Below, in pieces: positions 7,444 through 15,928 of a stretch of 55,599 nucleotides of DNA (within the stretch, counting starts at the first letter, position 1; each line of letters starts with the position of its first letter). The stretch lies in the IMG/VR virus record IMGVR_UViG_3300038974_000149, positions 1 to 55,599 of that record, one strand, 5' to 3'. Below the pieces are notes generated by a model, which searched no databases, had not been told where the DNA came from, and saw only the letters and a program-made list of their open reading frames with translations. The translations under genes were made by a program, and so were the position numbers. Source of the stretch: a virus. Lineage: Duplodnaviria; Caudoviricetes.

Positions 7444-8386
7444 TGTTTCTCTCCAGAAGAGTAATGTAGTATTCCTTAGCTTTTTCGAATACTAGTTTCT
7501 TTAGAACCTTGAAGTTGATAGTAGGGTCCTTAAACTTCTTGAGAATGTCATTCATGTCTTCAGTGATAATGTCATACCAGACAGTATTGATTACACGAGG
7601 GATGTGTGACATTTCAAGTTCTATTGAATCATTAGTTTTGATTTTATTACAGAGTTTTTCAACCCGATAATAAGTACAGTATTTGTCAACAATAGCGAGT
7701 TCAATAGCATCAGGAGCAAGCTGAATAGCCTGTTTCTTCGTCTTCACTTCATTGAAATGAGTACTAAGAAGCTTAGCATAGGGAGTCCGCCCGTATTTAT
7801 TGATGAATGAGTAGTTTTTGATTACGATTCCCTCACGAATAGCCGACTTGCACATTGAAGGGCTCTTGAGGTATTCCTGAAGCATTTCCTTCGTAGGGTT
7901 ATAAAGTACATCATCACAAGGAATAAGCGTAAACTGGAGCGACATCAAATCATTCCAAACATCGGGCATGATTCCACTAAGAACGTAGGGAATGTAAGTA
8001 TTAGTAGCTCTATTGTAAATGTCGAAGATGTAGAAGTTATTCCAGTATTCATCGCCATAACTGATAGAGTGCTTTACGAGCCATTCGCCCATTAGCGTCA
8101 CATTAGGATAGCTGAGAAAATAGGATTTCAGAGCATCGAAATGCTCCATCACCCATTTAGCGAAACCACGAAACTCATCACACTCAGTAAGTTTAGATTC
8201 CTTAGTGATGTGACCGAGCAGTCTATTCCGACTGAAAAAACAAATCTCTTCATTCTTTTCATCCCAAGAGATTTGAGCATTAGCACCGTCGAGCTTTTCA
8301 AAAACAGCACATGTGCCCGCAAGAATGCCATCACATTCGCTCTTTTCAAGGCGTTCAACTTTTTCGTACGAATGAAAGGTTTTCAT
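7436..8386 (-). CDS. ATP-dependent RNA ligase, Rnl2-like family
   Basis: Motif I EKLDGAN, then FSRN, GEW, FYIFDI, motif IV REGIVIK, motif V YAK. Confidence 0.85.
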   Translation of the reverse strand: MKTFHSYEKVERLEKSECDGILAGTCAVFEKLDGANAQISWDEKNEEICFFSRNRLLGHITKESKLTECDEFRGFAKWVMEHFDALKSYFLSYPNVTLMGEWLVKHSISYGDEYWNNFYIFDIYNRATNTYIPYVLSGIMPDVWNDLMSLQFTLIPCDDVLYNPTKEMLQEYLKSPSMCKSAIREGIVIKNYSFINKYGRTPYAKLLSTHFNEVKTKKQAIQLAPDAIELAIVDKYCTYYRVEKLCNKIKTNDSIELEMSHIPRVINTVWYDIITEDMNDILKKFKDPTINFKVLKKLVFEKAKEYYITLLERNNG

Positions 8387-8574
8387 TTCTTCTTTTTCCT
8401 TTGCGGTTTCAAGCCAAGTTTTTCAGCTTCTTTATTATTTTTCTTGAGAAACTCTAGAATAGGGACGTAAAGAGAGGGGTCACCATCTTGGCCAACCCCT
8501 CCCACGTGAGCACTCATCCGCGCACCGCCCATTTTCTCTAGTATGTTATAATAACGAATTCCAAGTGTCGACAT
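8383..8574 (-). CDS. small hypothetical protein
   Basis: 63-aa ORF coupled to both neighbours. Confidence 0.55.
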   Translation of the reverse strand: MSTLGIRYYNILEKMGGARMSAHVGGVGQDGDPSLYVPILEFLKKNNKEAEKLGLKPQRKKKK

Positions 8575-8876
8575 TACGGAAGGTAGTCGACTACGATAGG
8601 GCCACCAGCGGCGTCCTTGAAGTACTTCGTAGCCCGACCATAGAAGAGAGCATACTCATCGCGGATGGACTGAGGGATTTCAAGAGCATCGCCATTAGCA
8701 TTCTTGTAAGCCCTACCGAAAGCAATCTGGACAGCTCTCTGCTTATCGAACTTATCGAGCTTGGTGTTGCAAAGCGAATAGCCGACACCAAAGCTATCCT
8801 CCCTAAAAGCTGTGGCAATCAACATCCCGACTTTCTTGCCATTCTTCTTAGTGATGTACTTCGTGATTTCACTCAT
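8574..8876 (-). CDS. conserved-type phage hypothetical protein
   Basis: GYSLCNTKLDKFDKQRAVQIAFGRA; likely start MSEITK with AGGAG RBS. Confidence 0.7.
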   Translation of the reverse strand: MSEITKYITKKNGKKVGMLIATAFREDSFGVGYSLCNTKLDKFDKQRAVQIAFGRAYKNANGDALEIPQSIRDEYALFYGRATKYFKDAAGGPIVVDYLP

Positions 8877-8877
8877 G

Positions 8878-9060
8878 CTAGTTCTCCTTTTTGTATTGTT
8901 TTTCAAGCTCTTTCAAGCAGTTAGTATGAAAATCAATTTGATACTGAGTTACTTGAGCACCATACTCGTCATTGTTTTTGAGTAAAGCCTCTTTTTCTTT
9001 ATTGCACTTCTTGATTATCGCTTTCATTTCCTTGATTAGTTGCTTTGTTTTCTTCTGCAT
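8878..9060 (-). CDS. small helical hypothetical protein
   Basis: C-terminal part (MQKKTK...) of track ORF 8878-9465; the upstream part overlaps the phosphoesterase. Confidence 0.55.
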   Translation of the reverse strand: MQKKTKQLIKEMKAIIKKCNKEKEALLKNNDEYGAQVTQYQIDFHTNCLKELEKQYKKEN

Positions 9061-9793
9061 AGAGATACCCTCTATTAGAGATGTGAGTAAAATCCTCCAC
9101 TTGCCTTGTAGTCGTATTGAAGCAGATACGACGGTCGTTGTCGCAACCAAGTGCCCAGCATTCAACATCTCGCCAACCCACATTGATGATTTCTCCAATC
9201 TGAGTCCTCGAGTGACCAAACGCCTGATTGATACCGTAAAGCTTATCAGTGCGGTAATCAGCCCAGAATGGACCAGCGAATCCATTTCTTCCACCGCGAG
9301 TGTGAGAAATGTAGAAGAGCTTATTGTCGACCCTCGCCTCATTAGGCTTACGATTGAACCTACCTTCGAGGTAAGCCTTCCATTCACTATTGATTTTTTC
9401 ACACGCCACGTCAACATTTTTAGTCTTGATGAGACTATTCCCAAAGCCCTCTGAAATCCCACCATGAGTTACTAGCAAACCATCAACTGCAATAGCGGGC
9501 TTCCATCTATCGAGATGCGCTTCGAAGATCTGATTGTAGTCTTTGCTTCTATAATAGTTATAGCCCGAGCAAGTAAAAGGACGTTCACTAAAATAGTGCA
9601 AGTCGTGATTGCCAAGGAGCAGTTCGGCGTCAGATTCGAGAACTGCCTTGAGGGTCAATAGAATCCTTTCCTCAGATTCCTCAAACGAGTCTACGTAATC
9701 TCCGACGAAAACATGTTTTTCCTCAGGCTTATAGTCGAGGAATGCGAGTGCCTTGTCGAGATTACCATGAATGTCACCAAGTAAAAGCGCCAT
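8999..9793 (-). CDS. calcineurin-like metallophosphoesterase
   Basis: GDIHG, GDYVD, GNHD, THGG and FGHS motifs in the expected order. Confidence 0.9.
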   Translation of the reverse strand: MALLLGDIHGNLDKALAFLDYKPEEKHVFVGDYVDSFEESEERILLTLKAVLESDAELLLGNHDLHYFSERPFTCSGYNYYRSKDYNQIFEAHLDRWKPAIAVDGLLVTHGGISEGFGNSLIKTKNVDVACEKINSEWKAYLEGRFNRKPNEARVDNKLFYISHTRGGRNGFAGPFWADYRTDKLYGINQAFGHSRTQIGEIINVGWRDVECWALGCDNDRRICFNTTTRQVEDFTHISNRGYLYAEENKATNQGNESDNQEVQ

Positions 9794-9993
9794 TATCTTT
9801 CTCCTAACCAGATTGAATCGTCGAAAACGTCGACATTTACATCATAAGGATTTTCTTCAGTGGGCAAACGAAGATCCGCCATTTCGGTAGCGTAGCCCAA
9901 GCCAAACCCAGCATAGTATTCTCTTACAACGAGAACGTTCTTATTCTGGTCTTGTGTCTTGAGCCATTCGATAAGCTGAGATACAGTAGTCAT
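9793..9993 (-). CDS. small hypothetical protein
   Basis: MTTVSQLIEWLK-type N-terminus, common in phages; follows promoter 10022-10050. Confidence 0.7.
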   Translation of the reverse strand: MTTVSQLIEWLKTQDQNKNVLVVREYYAGFGLGYATEMADLRLPTEENPYDVNVDVFDDSIWLGER

Positions 9994-10021
9994 CGTAATG
10001 CTCCTTCATTTGAATAAAACC

Positions 10022-10050
10022 ATTCTATCACATCAGACTGAGATTGTAAA
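10022..10050 (-). promoter_or_regulatory. early promoter repeat
   Basis: TTTACA-17bp-TAGAAT. Confidence 0.8.
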
Positions 10051-10052
10051 CG

Positions 10053-10259
10053 CTATTTTAGCTTTTCTAACTGTCTTATCGCCCAGGAAAACTCACGAGG
10101 AGTAGCAGGACGAATGTTCACCTCATGTCCATCTTGAAGAGCTACATTTACATAGCCCCAGTCATAGCGAACCTTATCTTCTACTCGATAAATCGATGAC
10201 ATCATAGTTCCAGATTTATGATAGAACTCATCACCAATGTAGAACAGATTGATTTTCAT
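10053..10259 (-). CDS. small hypothetical protein
   Basis: 68-aa ORF directly downstream of rtcB. Confidence 0.65.
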   Translation of the reverse strand: MKINLFYIGDEFYHKSGTMMSSIYRVEDKVRYDWGYVNVALQDGHEVNIRPATPREFSWAIRQLEKLK

Positions 10260-10263
10260 TTTA

Positions 10264-11367
10264 TTATCCTTTCACATTGATAAGAGGAGCAAGAAAATCT
10301 ACTACTTCAACAACGATGCCCTTCTGAGCGTTCATTACGTATTCGAGATCTTTATACGCATCAGGCGCTTCGTCGAGACGATCAACAGTCACATTGGCGT
10401 AGATGCCATCCATCTGCTTAGCGAAATGATTGAAGTCAATCGACTTCTTAGCGGCGCCACGAGACAACTTACGACCAGCACCGTGAGAAGCAGAGCACAA
10501 GTATTCGTCGTTTCCCAAACCACGAGTGATGTATACGCCAGTTTTCATCGAACCAGGAATCACACCGAGCTCACCGGCGTTCGCAGGAGTCGCACCCTTA
10601 CGATGCAAAACATCTCCGTTAGATAATACCTGGGCATGGTTGTGATTTTCGTTTATAACGTCAAACAGCGTTTCACTTCCAGCGATCAACTTCATAATCG
10701 ACTTCAACATTTCCAATCGATTATCAAGAGCGAACTGTAAAGCGAAGTTCATGTCATCAAGATAGGCTTCTCCCAATGAGTTATCGATAGGGAAAAACTT
10801 ATTGTAGCTGTTAGGATACTGCTTAGCCAAGTTCATGTAGTGATTTCCGATTTCCCAACCAGGGCGACGAGACCCAGAGTGAATAGTAATGAAAACACTG
10901 CCTTTGTCATTATAACCCACTTCGATGAAGTGATTTCCGCCTCCAAGCGTACCGAACTGAGTACGCAACTTAGCGTTCACTTTCTGATTCAAAGTGTTGT
11001 CGCCACAAGCAGAGTAAAAGCTCTTGTGATAAGGACGTTCGTGTTCAGTAAAACCCGTAGGGATCACACGATTGATTTCTTCAAACAAAAACTTGCGGTC
11101 TTTTTCGCTGAAGTATTCTACATTGCTACTAGGGATCTCATAGCAAATCATACCGCAGCCGATGTCATAGCCGACATAAGAAGGAGAAATGTGGTCTTCT
11201 ACAAGCGCAACTCCACCAATAGGAAGATCGTATCCAGCATGCACGTCGGGCATGATAGCGATTTTCTTCACGAAAGGAATGTTCGCATTAGCATAAATCT
11301 GGTTCTGCGCTTCCTGTTCGATTTCGTGAAAAGGAATCAATGAGACGATCTTGTTAGCGTTAGGCAT
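10264..11367 (-). CDS. rtcB: RtcB 3'-phosphate/5'-OH RNA ligase
   Basis: MPDVHAG, VGYDIGCG, GTLGGGNHFIE, HSGSR, NHNH, HRKGA, PGSM, SHGAGR, DEAPDAYK. Confidence 0.95.
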   Translation of the reverse strand: MPNANKIVSLIPFHEIEQEAQNQIYANANIPFVKKIAIMPDVHAGYDLPIGGVALVEDHISPSYVGYDIGCGMICYEIPSSNVEYFSEKDRKFLFEEINRVIPTGFTEHERPYHKSFYSACGDNTLNQKVNAKLRTQFGTLGGGNHFIEVGYNDKGSVFITIHSGSRRPGWEIGNHYMNLAKQYPNSYNKFFPIDNSLGEAYLDDMNFALQFALDNRLEMLKSIMKLIAGSETLFDVINENHNHAQVLSNGDVLHRKGATPANAGELGVIPGSMKTGVYITRGLGNDEYLCSASHGAGRKLSRGAAKKSIDFNHFAKQMDGIYANVTVDRLDEAPDAYKDLEYVMNAQKGIVVEVVDFLAPLINVKG

Positions 11368-11369
11368 GA

Positions 11370-11681
11370 TTAAAACTCCTTCTCGAAATCAATTGCCTTC
11401 CAGTTTCTTACTAAAGCCACGCCACCCTTGATTTTGAGATAGCCGAGATCGCTTTCGATAGATCTGTCAATCTTCACTCGATTGGCGATGTCGACGTATT
11501 TACCGAGCGTCGGATTCTCCTTCAAGAAAAGAAGGACGTTCACGAAACCCGGAGTGTTGTATTCGTTGGCGTTGTTCTTGAGCTCTTTTGCAATGCAGCG
11601 ATTGAACACATCGATCATCTCGAAGTGAAAATCAGCTGCATTGTCAGACTCTATCCAGCTATTCAGCCCCATGAATCCCAT
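11370..11681 (-). CDS. hypothetical protein
   Basis: 103-aa ORF in the rtcB operon. Confidence 0.7.
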   Translation of the reverse strand: MGFMGLNSWIESDNAADFHFEMIDVFNRCIAKELKNNANEYNTPGFVNVLLFLKENPTLGKYVDIANRVKIDRSIESDLGYLKIKGGVALVRNWKAIDFEKEF

Positions 11682-11683
11682 GA

Positions 11684-11833
11684 TTAGAGCTCCTTCGCCA
11701 GCTCGCTGATAAGATAGCGAGCTTCATCAGAAGTAACAGGAAGAGAAGCCACGACCTTGTTCTTATACTTCAGGTCAATAACCTCCAGAGTGCACTTTCC
11801 CTCTTTCCTCACGAACCGAATGGAAACCTTCAT
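11684..11833 (-). CDS. small hypothetical protein (not in ORF track)
   Basis: 49 aa MKVSIRFVRKEGKCTLEVIDLKYKNKVVASLPVTSDEARYLISELAKEL; GGAGG RBS; after promoter 11862-11890. Confidence 0.7.
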   Translation of the reverse strand: MKVSIRFVRKEGKCTLEVIDLKYKNKVVASLPVTSDEARYLISELAKEL

Positions 11834-11861
11834 TTTTGTTCCTCCACCATTTGATAAGACC

Positions 11862-11890
11862 ATTCTATCAAATAGTCAGAAGATTGTAAA
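11862..11890 (-). promoter_or_regulatory. early promoter repeat
   Basis: TTTACA-17bp-TAGAAT followed by TTATCAAA. Confidence 0.85.
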
Positions 11891-11893
11891 GGA

Positions 11894-12505
11894 TTATATG
11901 GCATCAGCATCCCATACAGGATCGGTAAACACCAGCGTGCTGAAGGTTTTTTCCTTCCGAAGCATAATGTTGCGATCGTGAAAATCGCCCCGCCACTTTC
12001 TCAGCAAACGATCGAGGACCTTCGAACAAGCAGCTCTCGCTTCCTGATTCACAGGAGTCAATTTGATCTTCAGTTTATTAGAAATACGTTGCGCAACACG
12101 TTGAGTAAGATGAAGATCAGTCAACAAAGCGTGAGCGTATTGACCAACAGGATCGCTGATGTACTTGTTGTCATCAGTTACATCGAAGCAAAAATCAACC
12201 TTCCTGGGAAGAGGCCTGAGACGCTCCATTTCAAGAACGAAATAATCAGGAGAGCCCTTGTGCTCAAAGATGGTGATAGCAAAGAACTTCGGAAAATAGG
12301 GATTATTCTTCTTTACAGATTTCTTCACGAACTGAAGATAAGACTCGTTATTATCGACATAGCCGATCTTGAGAACCGTCTTAGAGTAGGGCTTTGCCCA
12401 AACAGAAGCGAAAGCACCGTGACCCAGCTGACGATAACCCGCATCAATAAGATCGGACTTATAGCGATAGAAATCTTTCCGAGTGGTCTTGACTTTGAAG
12501 TCCAT
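11894..12505 (-). CDS. Ser/Thr protein kinase, T7 gp0.7-like
   Basis: Gly loop LGHGAFASV, VLKIG, MERL, catalytic DFHDRNIM, FTDPV. Confidence 0.8.
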   Translation of the reverse strand: MDFKVKTTRKDFYRYKSDLIDAGYRQLGHGAFASVWAKPYSKTVLKIGYVDNNESYLQFVKKSVKKNNPYFPKFFAITIFEHKGSPDYFVLEMERLRPLPRKVDFCFDVTDDNKYISDPVGQYAHALLTDLHLTQRVAQRISNKLKIKLTPVNQEARAACSKVLDRLLRKWRGDFHDRNIMLRKEKTFSTLVFTDPVWDADAI

Positions 12506-12532
12506 GCCATTCCTCCATGATTTGATAAGACC

Positions 12533-12561
12533 ATTCTATCAAATGGGGAGCAGATTGTAAA
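12533..12561 (-). promoter_or_regulatory. early promoter repeat
   Basis: TTTACA-17bp-TAGAAT followed by TTATCAAA. Confidence 0.85.
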
Positions 12562-12562
12562 C

Positions 12563-12590
12563 AAAAAGGGAGAGCTTTCGCTCTCCCCTC
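12563..12590 (-). terminator. intrinsic terminator abutting the next promoter
   Basis: GGGAGAGC-GAAA-GCTCTCCC-TTTTT on the minus strand. Confidence 0.9.
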
Positions 12591-12611
12591 TCTGTTTAGC
12601 GATTGTAGTTA

Positions 12612-13595
12612 TCAGGCAGCCAGCTTCACCATCTCGTTGATGACGTCGAAGGTCTTCTGAGTCTTGTCCTGAATGGTTCCGAACCAAGTGCTGGCGACCA
12701 GCTTTTCCTCGGCGGTGATGCCCTTGCCACCCTTGATGTTCGTGAAGTGATCCAGGAACTCAGTGACCGCGTTCAGACCGCCCCACGCAGTTCCCCGAAC
12801 ACCATCGAGATTCGTACCAGCGCCGGTCTGGGAAAGCTCTATCACCTTGTCGGTGATCTTGTCCAGCCGCGTAACCTGGCGCTTGGAGAGATCATCGTCC
12901 TCAACATCCTGACCGAAAATCTTCTTGACCGCCAGCACGAGCTGATCTTCCGTGAACTTCTTGTCCTTCAGGCGATCGAAATGAGTGTCCATCACCTTGA
13001 AGTACTTCAGAGAATCAGCGAACACCTTCTTCGCCTCGGCAATCTTGTCCTCGACATTAGTCGTGTGGCGAATGCGGAACTTGTTCTTGGAGCCACGAAG
13101 GGCAGCATTGAGCGTGTTGTTGCAAACCACGCGGACCGGAGTAGCAGTCACCATCACAGGCGAAGTACCATCGTGAGAAGTCGTGCAGAGCAGATACTTC
13201 TCAACCGGGTCGATTCCACCATTAGAGGGAATAGTTGCCATCACCCAGACGATTCTACCGAACTGGAGCGAACCCGCAGTCTCATACTTGGCGTCACCCG
13301 TCTCGGTAAGAGCATCCACGAAGTTGAGAGCGTCGACGTTCTGAACAGGAACATACGAGGCGCCGACGATGCCAAGAGGACGCTGGTCAATGTTCCTCAC
13401 CGTGGCGTACTTGCCAGGGACCAGATGCTTCTTGCCGTTCTTATCGGTGAAAAACACCTTTTCCTTAGCGACGATCCAGTCCAGACCGCCCTCTTTCAGC
13501 GCCTCATCTGCAGTCATAAGATGGTCAACCTTCGTGCCGAGACCGTGCCAGGGAGCAGCTCCGTAATAGCACATCGTTTCTACATTAGCAGCCAT
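12612..13595 (-). CDS. DUF932-family phage/plasmid protein
   Basis: PWHGLG, YVPVQN, ETAGSL, SHDG, TPVRVVCNNTL, IRHT, GTAWG.LNAVTE..DH. Confidence 0.9.
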   Translation of the reverse strand: MAANVETMCYYGAAPWHGLGTKVDHLMTADEALKEGGLDWIVAKEKVFFTDKNGKKHLVPGKYATVRNIDQRPLGIVGASYVPVQNVDALNFVDALTETGDAKYETAGSLQFGRIVWVMATIPSNGGIDPVEKYLLCTTSHDGTSPVMVTATPVRVVCNNTLNAALRGSKNKFRIRHTTNVEDKIAEAKKVFADSLKYFKVMDTHFDRLKDKKFTEDQLVLAVKKIFGQDVEDDDLSKRQVTRLDKITDKVIELSQTGAGTNLDGVRGTAWGGLNAVTEFLDHFTNIKGGKGITAEEKLVASTWFGTIQDKTQKTFDVINEMVKLAA

Positions 13596-13623
13596 GCTTG
13601 TTGCCTCCTTGATTTTGATAAAT

Positions 13624-13848
13624 CTATTCTACACCATTCAGTCTAGATTGTAAAGGACTCATTTCGTGATTCAAAACAAGCGCTGTGTGACCATTATCGT
13701 CAAAGCGAACAATGAAAGCACTCCTTTCGGGCTTTCCAGTAGCGAGGTTAGATGGAGAGCTATGGAGAAATCGCTCAATCACACCAGTCTTCCCAAATGC
13801 AAGAAGCGCCTTAGAAGTAATGATAACTTTATCACCAGTATTAAACAT
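13624..13848 (-). CDS. small SH3/KOW-like protein
   Basis: MFNTGDKVIIT...GKTGVI...IVRFD; likely start at 13848. Confidence 0.55.
   Translation of the reverse strand: MFNTGDKVIITSKALLAFGKTGVIERFLHSSPSNLATGKPERSAFIVRFDDNGHTALVLNHEMSPLQSRLNGVE
13626..13654 (-). promoter_or_regulatory. early promoter repeat
   Basis: TTTACA-17bp-TAGAAT; overlaps the end of the upstream ORF. Confidence 0.8.
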
Positions 13849-14062
13849 TTTTCTTCCTCTTTTTTCTGCCAGTGATCTTGAGAGTGCCATGCGTCACTTC
13901 CTCTGCTACATCGCAAAGATTGTCGTAATCACCCGACTTCATTCTCGCCATGACTTCAGGAATCTCGTCTCTACGACCGCACTGCTTGAGAATGCTTGAG
14001 ACGGTTCCCATAATGCAAAAAGCATTGCCCTCAGGCGATTTCACGTTGATAGTAATCGGCAT
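13841..14062 (-). CDS. conserved-type phage hypothetical protein
   Basis: EGNAFCIMG...MKSGDYDNL motif. Confidence 0.7.
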   Translation of the reverse strand: MPITINVKSPEGNAFCIMGTVSSILKQCGRRDEIPEVMARMKSGDYDNLCDVAEEVTHGTLKITGRKKRKKNV

Positions 14063-14232
14063 CACTCACCTCCGAGATAGACGAACTTCACCAAATAGTC
14101 ATCATGAGATTTTACAGTAACCTCGACTTTCGCCAAGTTGAAATGGTCGATGAGCTTTTCACTGACTTCAGGAATCCAACCCTGAAACTGACACCAATTC
14201 GAGGTTTCGTGAATCTTGACTTTTTCGTCCAT
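14062..14232 (-). CDS. small hypothetical protein (not in ORF track)
   Basis: 56 aa MDEKVKIHETSNWCQFQGWIPEV...; AGGAG RBS; after promoter 14262-14290. Confidence 0.65.
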   Translation of the reverse strand: MDEKVKIHETSNWCQFQGWIPEVSEKLIDHFNLAKVEVTVKSHDDYLVKFVYLGGE

Positions 14233-14261
14233 TTTCTCGTTCTCCTTGATTTGATGAGTCT

Positions 14262-14290
14262 ATTCTATCAAACAGTCTAGAGATTGTAAA
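14262..14290 (-). promoter_or_regulatory. early promoter repeat
   Basis: TTTACA-17bp-TAGAAT. Confidence 0.85.
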
Positions 14291-14293
14291 GGA

Positions 14294-14506
14294 CTATTTT
14301 CCGTCATCCGATTTCGCAATGATTTCATCGGGAGAGCCAACCGTCTGGACGTACCAGTCAAGCAGCTCGAAGATACGCTCCAGCCTAACTTCATTGGCGA
14401 AGCCAATGTTATAGCGCGTACCGACGATCAGTTCCTTCGTCATCCTATTCTTGTGCCACTTGATCTGATTTCTCGTTTTGATGTCGGGGATTTTTATCGT
14501 GGGCAT
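14294..14506 (-). CDS. small hypothetical protein
   Basis: Start MPTIK with AGGAGG RBS; the longer track ORF runs through a promoter and terminator. Confidence 0.7.
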   Translation of the reverse strand: MPTIKIPDIKTRNQIKWHKNRMTKELIVGTRYNIGFANEVRLERIFELLDWYVQTVGSPDEIIAKSDDGK

Positions 14507-14532
14507 TGTGGCCTCCTTGATTTTATGAGACC

Positions 14533-14561
14533 ATTCTACCACATTCAGGGAAGATTGTAAA
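14533..14561 (-). promoter_or_regulatory. early promoter repeat (most upstream copy)
   Basis: TTTACA-17bp-TAGAAT. Confidence 0.85.
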
Positions 14562-14562
14562 C

Positions 14563-14588
14563 AAAAAGGGGAGCCGAAGCTCCCCTCC
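14563..14588 (-). terminator. intrinsic terminator separating the late block from the early block
   Basis: GGGGAGC-TTCG-GCTCCCC-TTTTT on the minus strand. Confidence 0.9.
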
Positions 14589-14609
14589 AAAATCAAATAG
14601 TTATACTGC

Positions 14610-15284
14610 TTACGGACTAGTCCATGTTTTCGTCACTATTCCAGCGAAATCAGACCATTTTCCATTAGGCGCTACATGAATTCGAGCACTAAAATAATAA
14701 ACCTGTCCCAGCGTTACTGTTACATCTGAAAGAGTAACACTTGTTGCACCATAAGCCGAAGTAGCAATAGGAATGTCTGTATCTGAAAACGCCTCATTCG
14801 TTGATTTCATGTAGACCTGCGTTACAAGATTGTCGAGCGCAGCTTGCTCTATTACAGAATCATCAGAATAATGCGTAGGAAGTATCCACGTTATTGTTAG
14901 TGTCATCACTCCTGTCGTAGGAGGTGGAGGCGGAGGACCTGGAACATCTATATTTACAACCGTAATCTGTAGCTGAATTGAAGAACGACTTATTCCATCT
15001 ACGCTATAAGCAATAAGAGTATAAACTACGTTATCTGTTGGATAAACAACTACGACTCCAGAAGGTGATGTAGCATCGGGAAAGCCTGTTATTTCAACAC
15101 GACTAGCATCTTTCGTAGTCCATGTTATTGTAGCAGCTTCTCCAGCATTGATAGTTGAAGGAGATACTGTTGCTGTTATTTTTGGAACTACCTCTTCTTG
15201 CACTACACCTGAATCATTTCCACAACTACCAAAGCACGCGAACATCACAAAAAACAAAAAACCGATAAAACACTTTTTGTAAAT
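14610..15284 (-). CDS. putative lipoprotein with Ig/PKD-like and FN3-like domains
   Basis: The frame extends upstream of the track start to ATT at 15284, giving YKK + hydrophobic stretch + FGSC lipobox; Pro linker between two beta-rich domains. Confidence 0.6.
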   Translation of the reverse strand: MYKKCFIGFLFFVMFACFGSCGNDSGVVQEEVVPKITATVSPSTINAGEAATITWTTKDASRVEITGFPDATSPSGVVVVYPTDNVVYTLIAYSVDGISRSSIQLQITVVNIDVPGPPPPPPTTGVMTLTITWILPTHYSDDSVIEQAALDNLVTQVYMKSTNEAFSDTDIPIATSAYGATSVTLSDVTVTLGQVYYFSARIHVAPNGKWSDFAGIVTKTWTSP

Positions 15285-15344
15285 AGCACATTCCTCCTAG
15301 TTTATTTATGCTATTTGTTTATTTTTATTTGAAGAGACTTTGTA

Positions 15345-15884
15345 TTATTTTATGTCAAATTCTCGTTTTGCAAACTCAAGTCTAAATTTCGCAGCTTTAA
15401 ATCCGTAGTTATCTATTTGTGTATGACAATTAGGACAAAGAAATTCTAGATTTTCTTTTCTGTTATCTTTTTTGTTTCCATTTTTATGATGAAGTTCTAG
15501 AGTAATTTGTTCACCCTGCCATTCGTTTATTATTCCACATCTGCATTGGTAGGGTATTATTTTTCTCAGCTCTGCATACCTTCTAACAATAGCAAGCCTG
15601 CATTTTCCATTTAAACAAAAAATCTCATCATCTGATTTATAAAACCACCCATTTTTATTTCGATTATAATGATGAACTTTTCTATAATCGTCTGTTTTCC
15701 AGAGTTTTTTTGCTGTTTCGCTTCTTTGCTTTCGTTTTACTGGACAGCTGCTTTCGTGCTGCGAACAACACCATCGATCTCTACGATGAAAATAATACTT
15801 TCCCGTCCGACCGCAGCCGTAATAACACAGTTCTTTTGTTTTATTCTGCTTTGGTTTTCTAGTCTTAGGATCTATCATTGCCAT
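15345..15884 (-). CDS. HNH endonuclease with N-terminal Cys-rich domain
   Basis: LELHHKNGNKKDNRKENLEFLCPNCH; N-terminal CYYGCG...WCCSQH..SCP. Confidence 0.85.
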   Translation of the reverse strand: MAMIDPKTRKPKQNKTKELCYYGCGRTGKYYFHRRDRWCCSQHESSCPVKRKQRSETAKKLWKTDDYRKVHHYNRNKNGWFYKSDDEIFCLNGKCRLAIVRRYAELRKIIPYQCRCGIINEWQGEQITLELHHKNGNKKDNRKENLEFLCPNCHTQIDNYGFKAAKFRLEFAKREFDIK

Positions 15885-15928
15885 AAAGCACCTCTATCAT
15901 CATTTACTTGGAGTATAAATTACAAGCT

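Noticed and set aside
12747-13646. 299-aa plus-strand ORF and the other plus-strand ORFs in the track
   Set aside because: They are antisense shadows of well-supported minus-strand genes, with no motifs or RBS; only endo VII (6064-6525) is credible on +.
1-14590. Promoter repeats as integron attC sites or CRISPR repeats
   Set aside because: No attC-type inverted core structure and no integrase or cas gene in the window; the exact -35/17/-10 geometry explains them.
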